The notes beneath the pieces are model-generated. The model was not told the origin of the DNA, did not search any database, and worked only from the letters and a program-made list of their open reading frames with translations. The position numbers were made by a program, and so were the translations under genes. From Azolla caroliniana (Eukaryota > Plantae > Polypodiophyta), in NCBI GenBank assembly GCA_043228905.1, contig JBHGNT010000003.1:24242001-24306000 (forward strand): a stretch of 64,000 nt of DNA, given 5' to 3'. Below are positions 39,473 through 51,797 of this stretch, piece after piece (positions within the stretch are counted from its first letter, which is position 1; the number at the start of each line of letters is the position of its first letter).

Positions 39473-42400
39473 CTAGATGCCATTTGCCCAAGATTGTTGG
39501 GACCTTTGCCCTTGTTGATAGGATCCGATTCGTGTTCCAAGAGCTCCAACAGAGCCCTGTTGTTGCTGAAGTAATTGGTGAGCACTAGGACTCGAACCAG
39601 ATTGTTGGTGATGATATACATTGCCACCATACATCGCTCCAGGAGCACCTGGATGTGTGTGCGTTTGCAAGGATTGTGTTTGATGAGAATACCTTGTCTG
39701 TTGGTGTTGGTTTTGAGTAGGTCCATTGTAGTATGAACTATTTGGCAAGTCTCGAGCTGATTGCGATTGAAGCCATACTGAAGGCGCTTCCATCTGTGCC
39801 TGTACAATACAACCCAAACATTGCATGAAACAATAATCTAGCTAAAGTTTATCATATGAGAAACACCAGAATCCCTCAAAATTAGAACTGTACCAGCGTA
39901 GTAAAATAGAATGGGTCAAGGAAAATTAATGACACAGTACCTGTTGACTCGGCATGTAGACATTTGTTTCTTTGAACTGAGGGGATGGAGCTTCATCGTA
40001 GCTAGATGGGTTTCTAGGTGTTCCTTGAGTATTGACAGGAAATGTTCCGGGCTGAGAGAGTGTATTATTATAGCCTCCATATCCTAAATTTCCAGGATTC
40101 ATTGCAGTATGCAACCCACTGACGACAGCCCCACCTTGCTTATACTGAGGTAAAGGATATTTTATCCCAGCCCCTACTGTAGATGGCACTTGCTGATAAT
40201 TGCCCGAGCCTAAATAACCTTGTTGATATGGATTTTGCAAGTAGGAGAATCCAGGAGGCATGTATTGATAGCTGAAAACATTGGCAAATGGTCCCATTGG
40301 CATCCCTGATGGCTGTGTTGCATACACAGGATGAGATGTTTGCTGAGGAAGTGTGATAGTTGTGGCAGCAGGAGCATTGTTGGGAACTTGCATATTTTGA
40401 CCTCCGATGGAAGTAGAGTTAGAGAAAACTGTAGTAGCATTAGCAGCCTGATAAGATCACACCCAAAAACAAAATCTCAGAAGGGACTACATTAGTAACC
40501 ATGAATAAAGATTTAGAACAAACCAGTTTTTGTGAATAGCAGGAAATTGTGGTTTCAATTCACCTCCTGAGAAGGAGCATTTTGTATTGTCGGAACTGGC
40601 CTACTACCTCCACCAAGCTTCAAATTTGAAGCTGATGGTAAGAAAGCAGAGTACCTAGCATCTACTTCGGGAACCGTCCGGAACATCCCACTATAATAAG
40701 TTGAGGTATCATAAGGTTGTTGCTGCATGTCAAAAAAAGTATGAAAAAATAGCTATGAGTATTTGGAATTCCACACCTCAGCCATGATACATCAAAATTA
40801 TTGAGCCATAACAAACTATGACTGTTAGGAATTCTGAACCATAGCAGCTCATTTGAACATGAGATATAAAAGGCTGCAATAAGCTATGATTTTAGGAATT
40901 TCACATCACAATGGCTATCAAACATGGAATACAAGTAAACGCAATGAGCGTTTACCAGCACCGTATTGATGTCTTGAGTTTGCCGGGTGTCCATGACTTC
41001 TGTAGGATACTGTGCTGTATGGTCTGTCAAGGGTTGACTGATCATCGAATAGCCTGAAGTATATGCATGTTGTGATTGGGCTTGTTCAAAAGGTTCATCC
41101 TTTTTAATCTCCACTTCATTGTTCAATGCCGCATTAGCATCCGCCACTGTATCAAGTTTTTGTGAAGAAACTGAAACTTCTGCCTCTTCTCCATCTAATC
41201 TTGTGGGGTTAACATTGGACGTACTAAAAACACACGAGAAACTTGTTAGTATAAAAAAAACCCATGATTTTGAATCTTGTTTATAATTTTAATTAAGAGT
41301 TCGTCATCAATTCTTCTTCATAGTTGTAGCAAATTTAGAATTAAAATGATTCACTGAAGCTTAAATTCAGTATGTGGTTCTAAATCAAAATAAGAAAAAG
41401 GCACTAACCTTGATTCAGGTGATCCACTAGTTACTCCCACATCTTCCTCATCTGTACCTTCCTCAACTGGGGGAGAGATACTTTCCTTTTCTGTTCTAAA
41501 GTTTGATGGAAGCCGACCAAAATCAAAACTCCCAAAACTCAACATTGTACAATCTTCCTCAGAAACTCTTATGTGATCAGGGATTATTACTTGCTGAGTT
41601 TCTCGCATGCTTAGTTCTTGCAATTTTTCAGTTGTTACAGATAACATTTCTATTGAGGATTTAGTTTCATTTTCTACGGGACTTGCTTCAATGGGAGGGA
41701 TTTTCTCAGTTATAACTTCCTGATAGCTGTTCTCCATAGCCGAACTATCTGTTGAATACAATAATTGCATTACTTTACTGGATCATTTCAAAGCTACAAC
41801 TAATAGCATACATTGAACCTAAACCATGTGCAGCCATAGAGATACATATAATACCAACCTTTATGTACCTCCACTAGTTGCTCTGCTTGATATGAAGTGG
41901 CCATAAATTGGCTTCCAGAGACTACTGTTTGTGCTTCTGGTGCTTCAGGTAACCCCATTGTATGACCTAGTCCCTCGATAAAAGCAGATGATTTGGAGGT
42001 TTCCTCTTCCACATGCACACTTATCGAGGCATTTATGGGCACTAAAGGTACCGAACTGTCAATAGAAGATAAACTATTTTGCACATGAGCACCCACATCT
42101 TGTAGTGCAAATGAGGATCTATCAACATGGACCCACTGAGTTTGAACGGCATCAATATCTTCTTTTACAGCCCATGCTGAGCTTCTTGCAGGAGGATTGA
42201 AAGAGGAATTTGGTAAATCTGAGGAACCCAAATACTGGCTCTGCACTGACTGATACTCCATAGTTGTATTAGATGGCGTACGAGTGGCACTTAAAGGAGT
42301 ATTAATAGTAGACTTGGATTTTAGCATATCAGCAACAGTGCCATGACCTGACCCAAGCCATGCACCCTGAAGAGTTGGCAGACTAGATGAGCCGATAGGT

Positions 42401-44239
42401 AATGGTCCTTGTGAAGACACCGCTTGCAAATATTCATTGGGCTGTCCAGAAGATAGTGGATTTTCACTGAAAAGTTACATCCCAAAAATAAAGATAAGCT
42501 CAATTAAGCATTGTGGAGAGAGAATGTATTTTATCAAATGATGATATAATAGGTAGAACTTACAAACGATTACTATATAATGAACTCTTTGTTTGAACCA
42601 GTTGTGAGTAAGACATTGTTCCACCTACAGCTGAGCTTGGACCCTTGATATTGACAACTGGTGGAATTCCAACCTCTCTAGAAGTAGTTAGCTTGCTGCT
42701 GACACCATTTGTCTCTACAGATTCATTGAACAGAAACATGGTTAAAACACATGAACATAATATTTTCACTTTTATACTAATGACATATAATAGTAGGGAA
42801 CAGCTATGTTTCGCATTTCTGACATTCCCTATCCTATTTCCTTACTTGAACTCCCTCTTATTATAACAGAGTATGGTCATGCTTGACCTCAAAACTCATC
42901 ACATGTGAGCATGACAACAAAAATTGAAACAAAGTAGAGGTGGCGAAGAAGAAATGCAATATCTACCTGCTGATCCATACCCTTTTAAAACTGAAGAACC
43001 TCTTCCAGAATCACGGCTTCTAGCAGTTCTACTGCTCTTTCTACTCGCATCATACAAACTGCCTGACCCATGTTGTGCACCTGTTGCATCTTTACTGGAC
43101 TGTAAACAAATTCATTAATAAGGTTCTTGAGTTATTTTCAACAAGGTTACTAATATAATAGCAAATATGTACCTCTTTCTTTTTGTTTTGCTTCCGCTGC
43201 ACAACGTGAAATGTTTCTGAAGCATTAGATATCGACTTTAGTTATCAAGGCAGGAAGATCTATGGAGTAGCTTTTTGAATGTCAATGAAAGAGTCTAGAC
43301 ATGCATGTGAAAAAGTAATTTATCAAAAAAACAATAACAGCATGCTGCTTCCATTTCATCTTTCACAACTGATTCAGAGTTCAGAATGCAGTCAGATAAA
43401 CAATTAAATACACAATAAAATAGAATAAACACAACTAAGAGCAACTGCAAAATCAATTAGTGTATAGCACTGAGCAGATGAAAAACTAGAGGGGAAAAAA
43501 GAAGTATGTTCAACATGACAAAGCAATAAGTCTCTAGTGACCTACTGGACCTCCACGAGAGAGAACATTAAAAAATTAATAATTTAGAAATGGAGGAATG
43601 GAGATCTCAAAAACATTATAGCAATGTACATGAGACACATATTAAAACTATTTCCAGTAGTCATTGAAAGTAATACTCGTTAAAAGTATTTTTATCGTGT
43701 TATATTAGTCTTCCATAGAATTTATGGGTAACCATATATCCAGCAACCACCATGAATGAATATGAAGATTCATTGCAACAGTAAGCTTAAAGGGCAAGAA
43801 CCTGTACCAAATACAGTCAAGTTCCAAAATACCCTTGGTATTGTCTTTGTTCCCCAAATGCCCCTAATTTACCATTATTTCTGCAAATACCCTTGGTCAA
43901 CTCGCATCAAACAATTTTATGGTTAATCCATCCCTTTCTTTTCTCTTCAAAGGTTCTTCAGACATTTGCGGAAATTAAGAATAACAACATCCCATAATTG
44001 CAATTTGCTCTTAGTGCTGGCTTAGAAAACTATACGAAGGAGACTGGTTTACCTTCACTGAGGAGACGTTGAACAGTTTCATCAGGATCTCTATTGCATT
44101 CCGTGAACATTGCATAAATCTCTTCTTCACTATGAGGAACAACTTCCTTCAGACTAGAGATGAGCTTCCGGTCCGAAGGAGGTATGGAGATCCCGGTATT
44201 GTTGGTCCCCACCTTACCACCACTTTTTCGGCCACTCAT
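39473..44239 (-). CDS. GIP1: GBF-interacting protein 1-like (DUF1296, UBA-like N-terminus; Gln/Pro/Tyr-rich C-terminus)
   Basis: Phase-consistent exons: 44239-44053, 43216-43173, 43099-42967, 42714-42564, 42466-41859, 41748-41409, 41223-40956, 40722-40564, 40447-39941 and 39799-39473. Motifs SIPPSDRKLISSLKEVV..SEEEIYAMFTECNRDPDETVQRLL.E.TFHVV, VIIPDHIRV...LSFGSF and IKYPLPQYK are present. A probable 5'UTR exon ends at 46169 and splices to 44297. Confidence 0.85.
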
Positions 44240-45799
44240 CGTTCCTGCTTTTTGCTGCCTCTACAGACTTCTAAACAATCTTGTCTGATGACAATATCTG
44301 CAAAACAAAAATAATCACAAACGCCATGATTTTTTGGTCCACATTCGTCAGAAACCCTAATCAACAGTAAATTGAGCTTAAATTACTAATAGCACTAGGT
44401 TTGGATAACAGAACCATAACTTTCCAAATTGAGAAGACACTACTGTGGGAAAAAGAATTGTATTTTCAAGCTCAAGCAGCAGTCGATTGCTAAAATTACT
44501 CGCGATGTGAGATTTTGGTATAATGGATCCGCATATTTTCAATATAATAAGGATCCCTAATTTCAAGCAGGAGAGCGCGTTTCAGAATAGTTGAGAAGGA
44601 AACCCTACTTTCAATCTCAAGTAACATACATTGAGCTGAAATAACTCAGAAAACAGCTTCCTCTGGATAATGGATCCATGGTTTTTCAATCCGAGTACAA
44701 ACCCCGACTCCAAACAGGGGAATGATTTTCAGAAAGAGTAAAACGATGTCATACAAGTTCTGGAAGATCTTCACAAACCCTAATATGAAGCTCAACCAAC
44801 AAAATTTTTAGTTAAAATTACTCAAAACACTACATTTTGAATAAGATATCCTTGACATTTTTCAATATAACCAGAAATACAATATGGGTAGATCAAAACG
44901 GAATAGATACAAATACAAGGTTCTTCACAATACCCCCTGATCTTTTACTGAAGTTATTTTTGCAGTAAACTCAGCTGAAATCACTCAGAGCACTATAGTT
45001 GTCAATAATTCTATGATACAAGTAGAAACTCCAGTTTCAAGAAGGAGAAAACCTTTTTCAGGAATAGTGGCAAATTAAATTCCGATTAAATCTTAAATAA
45101 TGGTTTCGTGAAACTTTACACTAGAATTAGAAACCCTAATTCCGAGCAGGAGAAAAACCTTTTAAGAAGAGTGAAAATGGAGCCCTAAATTCAGCTGAAA
45201 TTCCAGATAATGTTTTCAATAGAATTTGAGACCCTGTTTAGTCTTCTTCATCTTTCCTCAAAATTTAGCAATGTTGCTCTCCGAAAGAAACCATAATTTA
45301 AAGAGGAAACCATTTGTTAGGGTTAAAAAGAGAAGAATAAGCATAAAGCGTCTTCATTTTTCTTTACACAGTCAAGAAGTGGAGCTATAGGAGTCAGGCC
45401 AAGAAAAAAAAACTATTTTGAGCAGAAACAATCCGAAAAAGAGTTTAAACGAGATTGTATTAGCGTGGAGTATCTTTATTTCCTTTCCCAACTTAGAGGA
45501 GATAGTGGTAGTGGCATAGGATTTGTGTTATGAATCAAAACCCTAATTTTGAGTGGAGTCCGTTTCAGAAATAATGAAAAACATTTCCAATGTTTCTTCA
45601 TTTACCCTCACAAATTAGCACAAATAGGAGCATAAAATGTCTTCATTTTTCTTCACAGGTTAGGAGAGTTGGGAGCATTGGAGTTCTGTTAAGGAAAGAG
45701 GGGAACTAATTTTGAGCAGCGTCCATTTCAGAAAGATGCAAACATGTGCAGAAGTGTCCTCATTTCTCTTCGCTTACTTCAACTGCGACGGGAATAGCG

Positions 45800-45915
<116 letters not shown>

Positions 45916-46812
45916 AATCACACTCGCTCTCTTTCCTTCGTTTATCTTCAAGCAAAAAGGAACTATTCCAGAAATGGTGGGGAAAGAAAGGACATTGCGG
46001 CATGAAAAAAGTCTTGGCTTTCTTCGTAAAAATGTAGCAGGAGAGTGAGAATACAGTGAGTCTCTGCAGCGAAGGAAACAGGCCTGAGGCCAAAGAAGAG
46101 AGCAAAGAAAGAAAGAAAAAGGGAGGGAATACAGAGAGAGAGAGAGAGAGAGAGTCAGCGGGACTTACCTTGAAGAGGAGAGGATCGAGCATACGCGATG
46201 AGAGCAGGAGAAGAAGGAAAAACACAGAGAGAGAGAGAGAGTGGTAATGGCGGGAGACAAGAGGGCGAGCGTGAGCGTTTTTTTATCCTTTGGGGAGAGA
46301 GACAAAGAGAGAGAGACAAAGAGAGAGTGAGAGAGAGAGAGAGAGAGAGAAGCCCTTGAAAACCTACCTATTCTTCTCCAGAGCGTCACAACACACCACA
46401 GACAGCAGACAGAGAGAAAGAGAGAGACTTACTTTTCCTTAGACCACACCACATGGGCGTGGACTTGAACCCATTACCTCGTCTCCATTGTTCTCTTTTT
46501 AGACCCAAAAACCCGTCCGGACAGCCCCCCCCTCTAGACCCCGCCCCCAACGCCCTTGGGGCATGGCCTCGTAACCCACCTTCCGCACCAAAAACCTACC
46601 ACGTCTCAATCTAGAATCGTATCTCAACCCTGTGTCTCGTATGTCAACCCTATGTCTGTCTCGTAGTACCCAAACTCCCATCTTCATCCATGATCCCATC
46701 ATTCGCGACACTTTCATCCGGTCCCCACAATTTTCCATCACGAGTTTTTATGTAGGTTTCCCTTTTATATACGACCTTTGTGAGTTGAAGTCATTTCTTT
46801 TATGCATGCTGC

Positions 46813-47527
46813 TAGGGATCGGCAACAGCTCGGCTCAAGCCTAAATAGCGGCTTTGGTTTAGGCTTGAGCCTACCTAAACGGTTTGAGCTCGGCTCGGCT
46901 TGGCTTGAGCCTTGTCAAGGTAACTCAAACTAGTTAAGCCATTTATGTGATTTAAGAAATAGGGTTTAGAAAGTTAGAAATTAGATAGTTAGATCTTAGA
47001 ACTTGAAAGTTGACAAAGAGACTGACATGAAGCCATAGGCAAACATACAATTGAGTGACAAGAGAGGAAGGAACTGAGAGGGAGAGAGAGCTTGCATAGT
47101 GGACGATCGGGGGACCTCCTTGCTGTTCAGTGTTATATACATTATTTGGAGAAGGATTGGATCACCGAGAGCGATAGGTCGTCATAGCCTTAGGTCTCGT
47201 GGTTCAGGTGGTGGGAGGTAGGGGATTCATGGATGTAAGCTAACCAATCATGGTAGTCTACAAAGAGGGAGTTGTGGAGGTGGGACTTGGAGTTGAGTTT
47301 GACTCATCAATGATAAGGTTGAGGGAGTGGGAGTTACGAGGAGGAGAAGAAGGGTAGGAGGAAGTGGTAGTGGTAGCAATGTTTTTTGGGTATCTTCAGC
47401 TTTTATGTCCCAAACCGGTTTAGGGATCGGTTCAAGTTTGAGAACCCCAAAACTGTTTAGGCTTAATCGGTTTGGCTTGGATAAGGCCAAACCGGTTAAG
47501 CCTAATCCGAACCGTTCTTGATTCCTA
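46813..47527. mobile_element. Non-autonomous hAT-type element related to the 12571-12697 MITE
   Basis: Ends TAGGGATCGGCAACAGCTCGG.../...CCGAACCGTTCTTGATTCCTA and AAACCGGTTT-type subterminal motifs are shared with the short MITE. The TSD is degenerate (CATGCTGC versus CATCATGT). Confidence 0.7.
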
Positions 47528-50500
47528 CATCATGTGCCACTGGAGTTCTTGGTTGGTTTATGAAACACGACAATCGCAATGAGCTACACTCTAGGTCTCT
47601 TATTCCTTCTGCCCCCTCATTGTGCTTTGTATCACAAGTTAGTGTAAGTGCTATATTGTGTTTTGCAACACAAAGGCCACGCTTTTGATAGGTCCAAGAC
47701 ATAGCACATACACCTTGTGTATGAAACATGATAAAGAGAAATATAGATCCAAATATCTCTCTATTTTCTATGGTCGTATTTTATATGGTTGATTAATTGT
47801 TCATTATCCAAGGTTTCTACTAATCCCTCTCTATTTTCATGTCATGCCCGCTATGCAAACAAAGAACCACCCAACCCAACCTAGCTACATAAATTGCTTG
47901 CCTTTTTATTTATTTACAAAACAACTTATTGATGAGTTTTTTTAGTGGGTGGAAGGGTCTTTTTGTTGTGTAAGAGGCAAAAAATGATCAATCTCACTTG
48001 TTGTGATGCTTTCTTTACTCACAAATCTAATGAAGGGTCATTGTGTTATGCCATTGTCCTTGTTGCTTATTCAACTCACACACAATGGGCAACAAATCAT
48101 GCGTTTATTTCCATAACCTAACATTTATCTAATATTTCTCTTGTGAGTTTCTTAAGCCTTCTAATGATACTACTTGTAAAAGATCCCCATAAAGTTTGTA
48201 CTCGTATCTACAACAAATTAATTGTGATTATCTAATGCAATGAAAATGTCATCATAGTCCAATGGTTGGCATATGATCTTTCACGAGCCTCCATAGATTT
48301 CAACAACAAAAACATTTGCATGGAATGTACAATGACAATTAACCATCCTTCAACTTATTGTTTTTGTTGCAGCCACGTGCAAAGATGACCTTCCATTATG
48401 CATTCTAGCAAGTGGGTGTTCTACTTCATTTTTTTAATCATTGCCATCATTGATAACAAGAAAGCAATGGAATTTTAGTTTGTCATGCAATGCATAATTT
48501 GATCATTTCAATTACTTTGCTACAAACAATTAATTTGAATACCATAATGATCAATAGGGGAGATGTTTGAATAAGGGAAATTTCTTATCAATTAAAACCT
48601 AAAATATACAAAAGGTTAACTCACATCTACCATACACGTAGCCCTTGATAAGTTTACATCCCTTTCGTAGTTTTCTATAAACCTATCATCAATCCACATA
48701 CATGATATTCATGGAGTGTTTAGATAGGACCTCAAAGAGGAGACAATGTAATAATGCAAATGAACATTTTTTTTGTGAATTATGAAAGTTGCCCAAGTTA
48801 ATATTCAAAATAAAAAAGGATTTTAATTTTTAATATATAGTTGCAATAATGCTAAATGTATATTATCAAAACGAGCGAACGATTGTCTAAATTCTTATCT
48901 AGATTACAATCACAGTCTTTTGGTACTTGAGATGTAAGATGTTTATTGGTTATATTGTCATGCTAAAAACCGAAACTATGTTTTCAAAACTTTAAAGGGA
49001 AAGTGGCAATATGTCTTAAATACATATCCACAAGACGCACATCCAAGTCATGGATATGGATGACCAAGTTATTTACTAAATGATACTATTGTTTAATCAA
49101 CAAACCAAAGAAAGAGATCAACCATTTATTTTACCTAGTGAAAATATTTCAACAATTTAAAGCCCACACGAGTGGGCTATCATGTGTGTGATTGCACATT
49201 GTATCCATTACAAGCTTATTTTTATATATTTTTGTATTTGGGTTCATGGTATGAAGAGGGCTCAAAAATTTATTTGATGGATTTCATGTGTTTTTTTATA
49301 CTCTAAACTTTGAAATGTTCTCCTTAATGTTGCATTTTTGTAGGCAAGAATGATTATGTTGCATGGTCAAGCCACATCACAAGTTTCTTAATAAGATAGA
49401 AGTTACCATCATAATTTACTATTTATCCAAAAGATGCAATATATTATCAATTTATCGTCCACATGTAAAAGTGTGATTGAACATAATACCGTCCAAAGGT
49501 GCACTTGCATCAAAAGTTTTTTATTTCACTTTCATTTTTTAATTCTATTTTATAAATACTCAAGAAGTCAAAAGTGGCAACTATTGAGATCACAATCTTC
49601 CAAAGAAAAGTGCTACCTAACAATCCATACAACATTGAAATGTACTATTAGATGCTTCTTGAATGGATAACTATATCATGGAATTATCGATATTCATGAA
49701 CACCACAAATGCAAGACTGGACCCTAGACTCAATGAGACAATTGACTTAGTTCTAACACCGATTCAAGTCATAATATGTCATCTCCTAACACATTAAGTC
49801 ATATGGCACTAAATTTACATGCTTGTTTTATGAAGGTAGGCTTAAAATAACAAGAATTACAATACAATGCAAGAGAAAACCAAGAGAGACCAATATGGGA
49901 TTAATTATATGATTAATGTTTGATTAAGATGTGACAAAAGGGGTTTGCCACCTACAACGTAATGACATGGGTATGGGATTGTTAAAGAAAATAACATCCT
50001 ATTTTATGTATAAGCATTTTTTGTTATGATATCCCTATGAGCCACACTATAATTGAATTTGTATGTTTTGACACTATATCACAATGGTACAAGAAACATC
50101 CTTCATTATGTACACGGAACGTGCATGTAATTGTACTTTGTGTGGGAACTACCCTTTATTAGGCAACAATGGACAATGTCCAATGGGCTTAATGTGAAAG
50201 AGGCACTTCAAGGTTTCCAAAGGTATGAAAGGGAAAATAACTTTCATTAGAAAAAGGTTGTTTAGTGTTTCAATAAGAGTTACATTGATCATCGTTCTCC
50301 CTCTCCTTCTTCCCTTCATTGTAAGACGCTCCGTTCGAGTCTAACCTCCCGTCAAGTCTGAACTCTACTCGACTTTGGGTTTTGTTTGAGTCTGAGCTGA
50401 CTTCAAGTCTAGGCTCTCATCAACTCTAAGCTCTGTTCGACTTTGCACTCCATTCGACTCTAGGTTTTGTTCGAGTCTAAGCTAACTTTGAGTCTAGGAT

Positions 50501-51797
50501 CCCTTCGACTCTGCGTTCATCAATTCTCCTTATCCTCAAGAATTTGAATGTTGGCCAGTTGGATGGACACCAAGTTCCGCGTAACTATATGTTACGGGTT
50601 CAACTTCTGTTGTTTGCCAAAACTGATTCGCATGTAAGTTTTTCACGAAAACTCCAATTGATGGCCTGAAATTTTTATCACAATTCTCACAAAATTTTCT
50701 AAATGCTTGAATGTTGTCTCTTGCGAATTTACATAGATTTACGCATAGATCGATGCTTGGTGATTCAATTCTAGATTGGGAAGATACCATGTCAATCCAT
50801 GCCTGACCCCAGATAACATAAAACCAAATGAAAATATTTTCCAAATATACATAACTTAATTAAAGAGATCTACAATGACAAATACTTACCTTGTAAATTT
50901 GATCATAAGATACAATTGAGGGAAAAAACATGAGCCCCATTACATGGGGTGGCTAGTATAGGGTAGGGAAAAGCAAGATGATGAGCAATCAAGAATTCAA
51001 AAGAGTATCAAGAGGAGATCTAGCGAACCTATGATTGATGACCATGTTTCCTTTTGTCATTATTAGCCTCCTATGAGCCGTCTTGATTCATTATCTCGAG
51101 ATAATCAATAAATTAACAAAGCCTAGACGGTCATGGGCTTTGCTTCTATATAATTCTAGATTTTTACCAGAATAAAAACTTTTTTTTTGTACTAATATCC
51201 AAGAGTGTAAAACAAAATCTCCCTTTTCATTTTTAATCATATACCACATCCATATATTTTGTATAATTAGTTCACCTTTTCCACTCTATTACCCCCTAAC
51301 TAATAACGACGCTCAAACCCTGGACATTATCATTCCAATGGTCAACTCTGCTACTTAGGCTATATTCCTTTATTGGTTTGCCCCTACATATTCTTTAAAC
51401 TATTATATAATTCACATTTTATACGTTTTTCTCACTTAAAACCACCCACATTACAACAATATCTACACGTGTAGAAGTCAAAATCTTTGGGAGAATTGCA
51501 CCAACACCTATTATATTCTCCCTTGATGCAACAATCCACAAAGGTCCCTCTTGACTTAGCATTCAATTGATGAATACTAAAACATAATCTATATTGATAA
51601 ATAATCCAAAAATACTAAACAAGAATAGAAAATAATGCAATAATGTAAAATACTAAGGCAAAAGAGAAAAAACAATTTACATATATAAACATTCTCTTTT
51701 CTTCTTCTCTTGAATAGAATACATACATATACATTTTCAAATACCACTGGCATAAAATAGATCAAATTATCAAAATACACAGTGTTAAAATATATTG

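Noticed and set aside
43790-43900. Mutator-like subterminal motifs (AAATACCC repeats) in a GIP1-like intron
   Set aside because: No matching second TIR or TSD was found.
47530-51790. Short ORFs and TTCGACTC-type degenerate repeats (50330-50520) in the intergenic region
   Set aside because: No recognisable domain or element boundaries; probably old TE debris.
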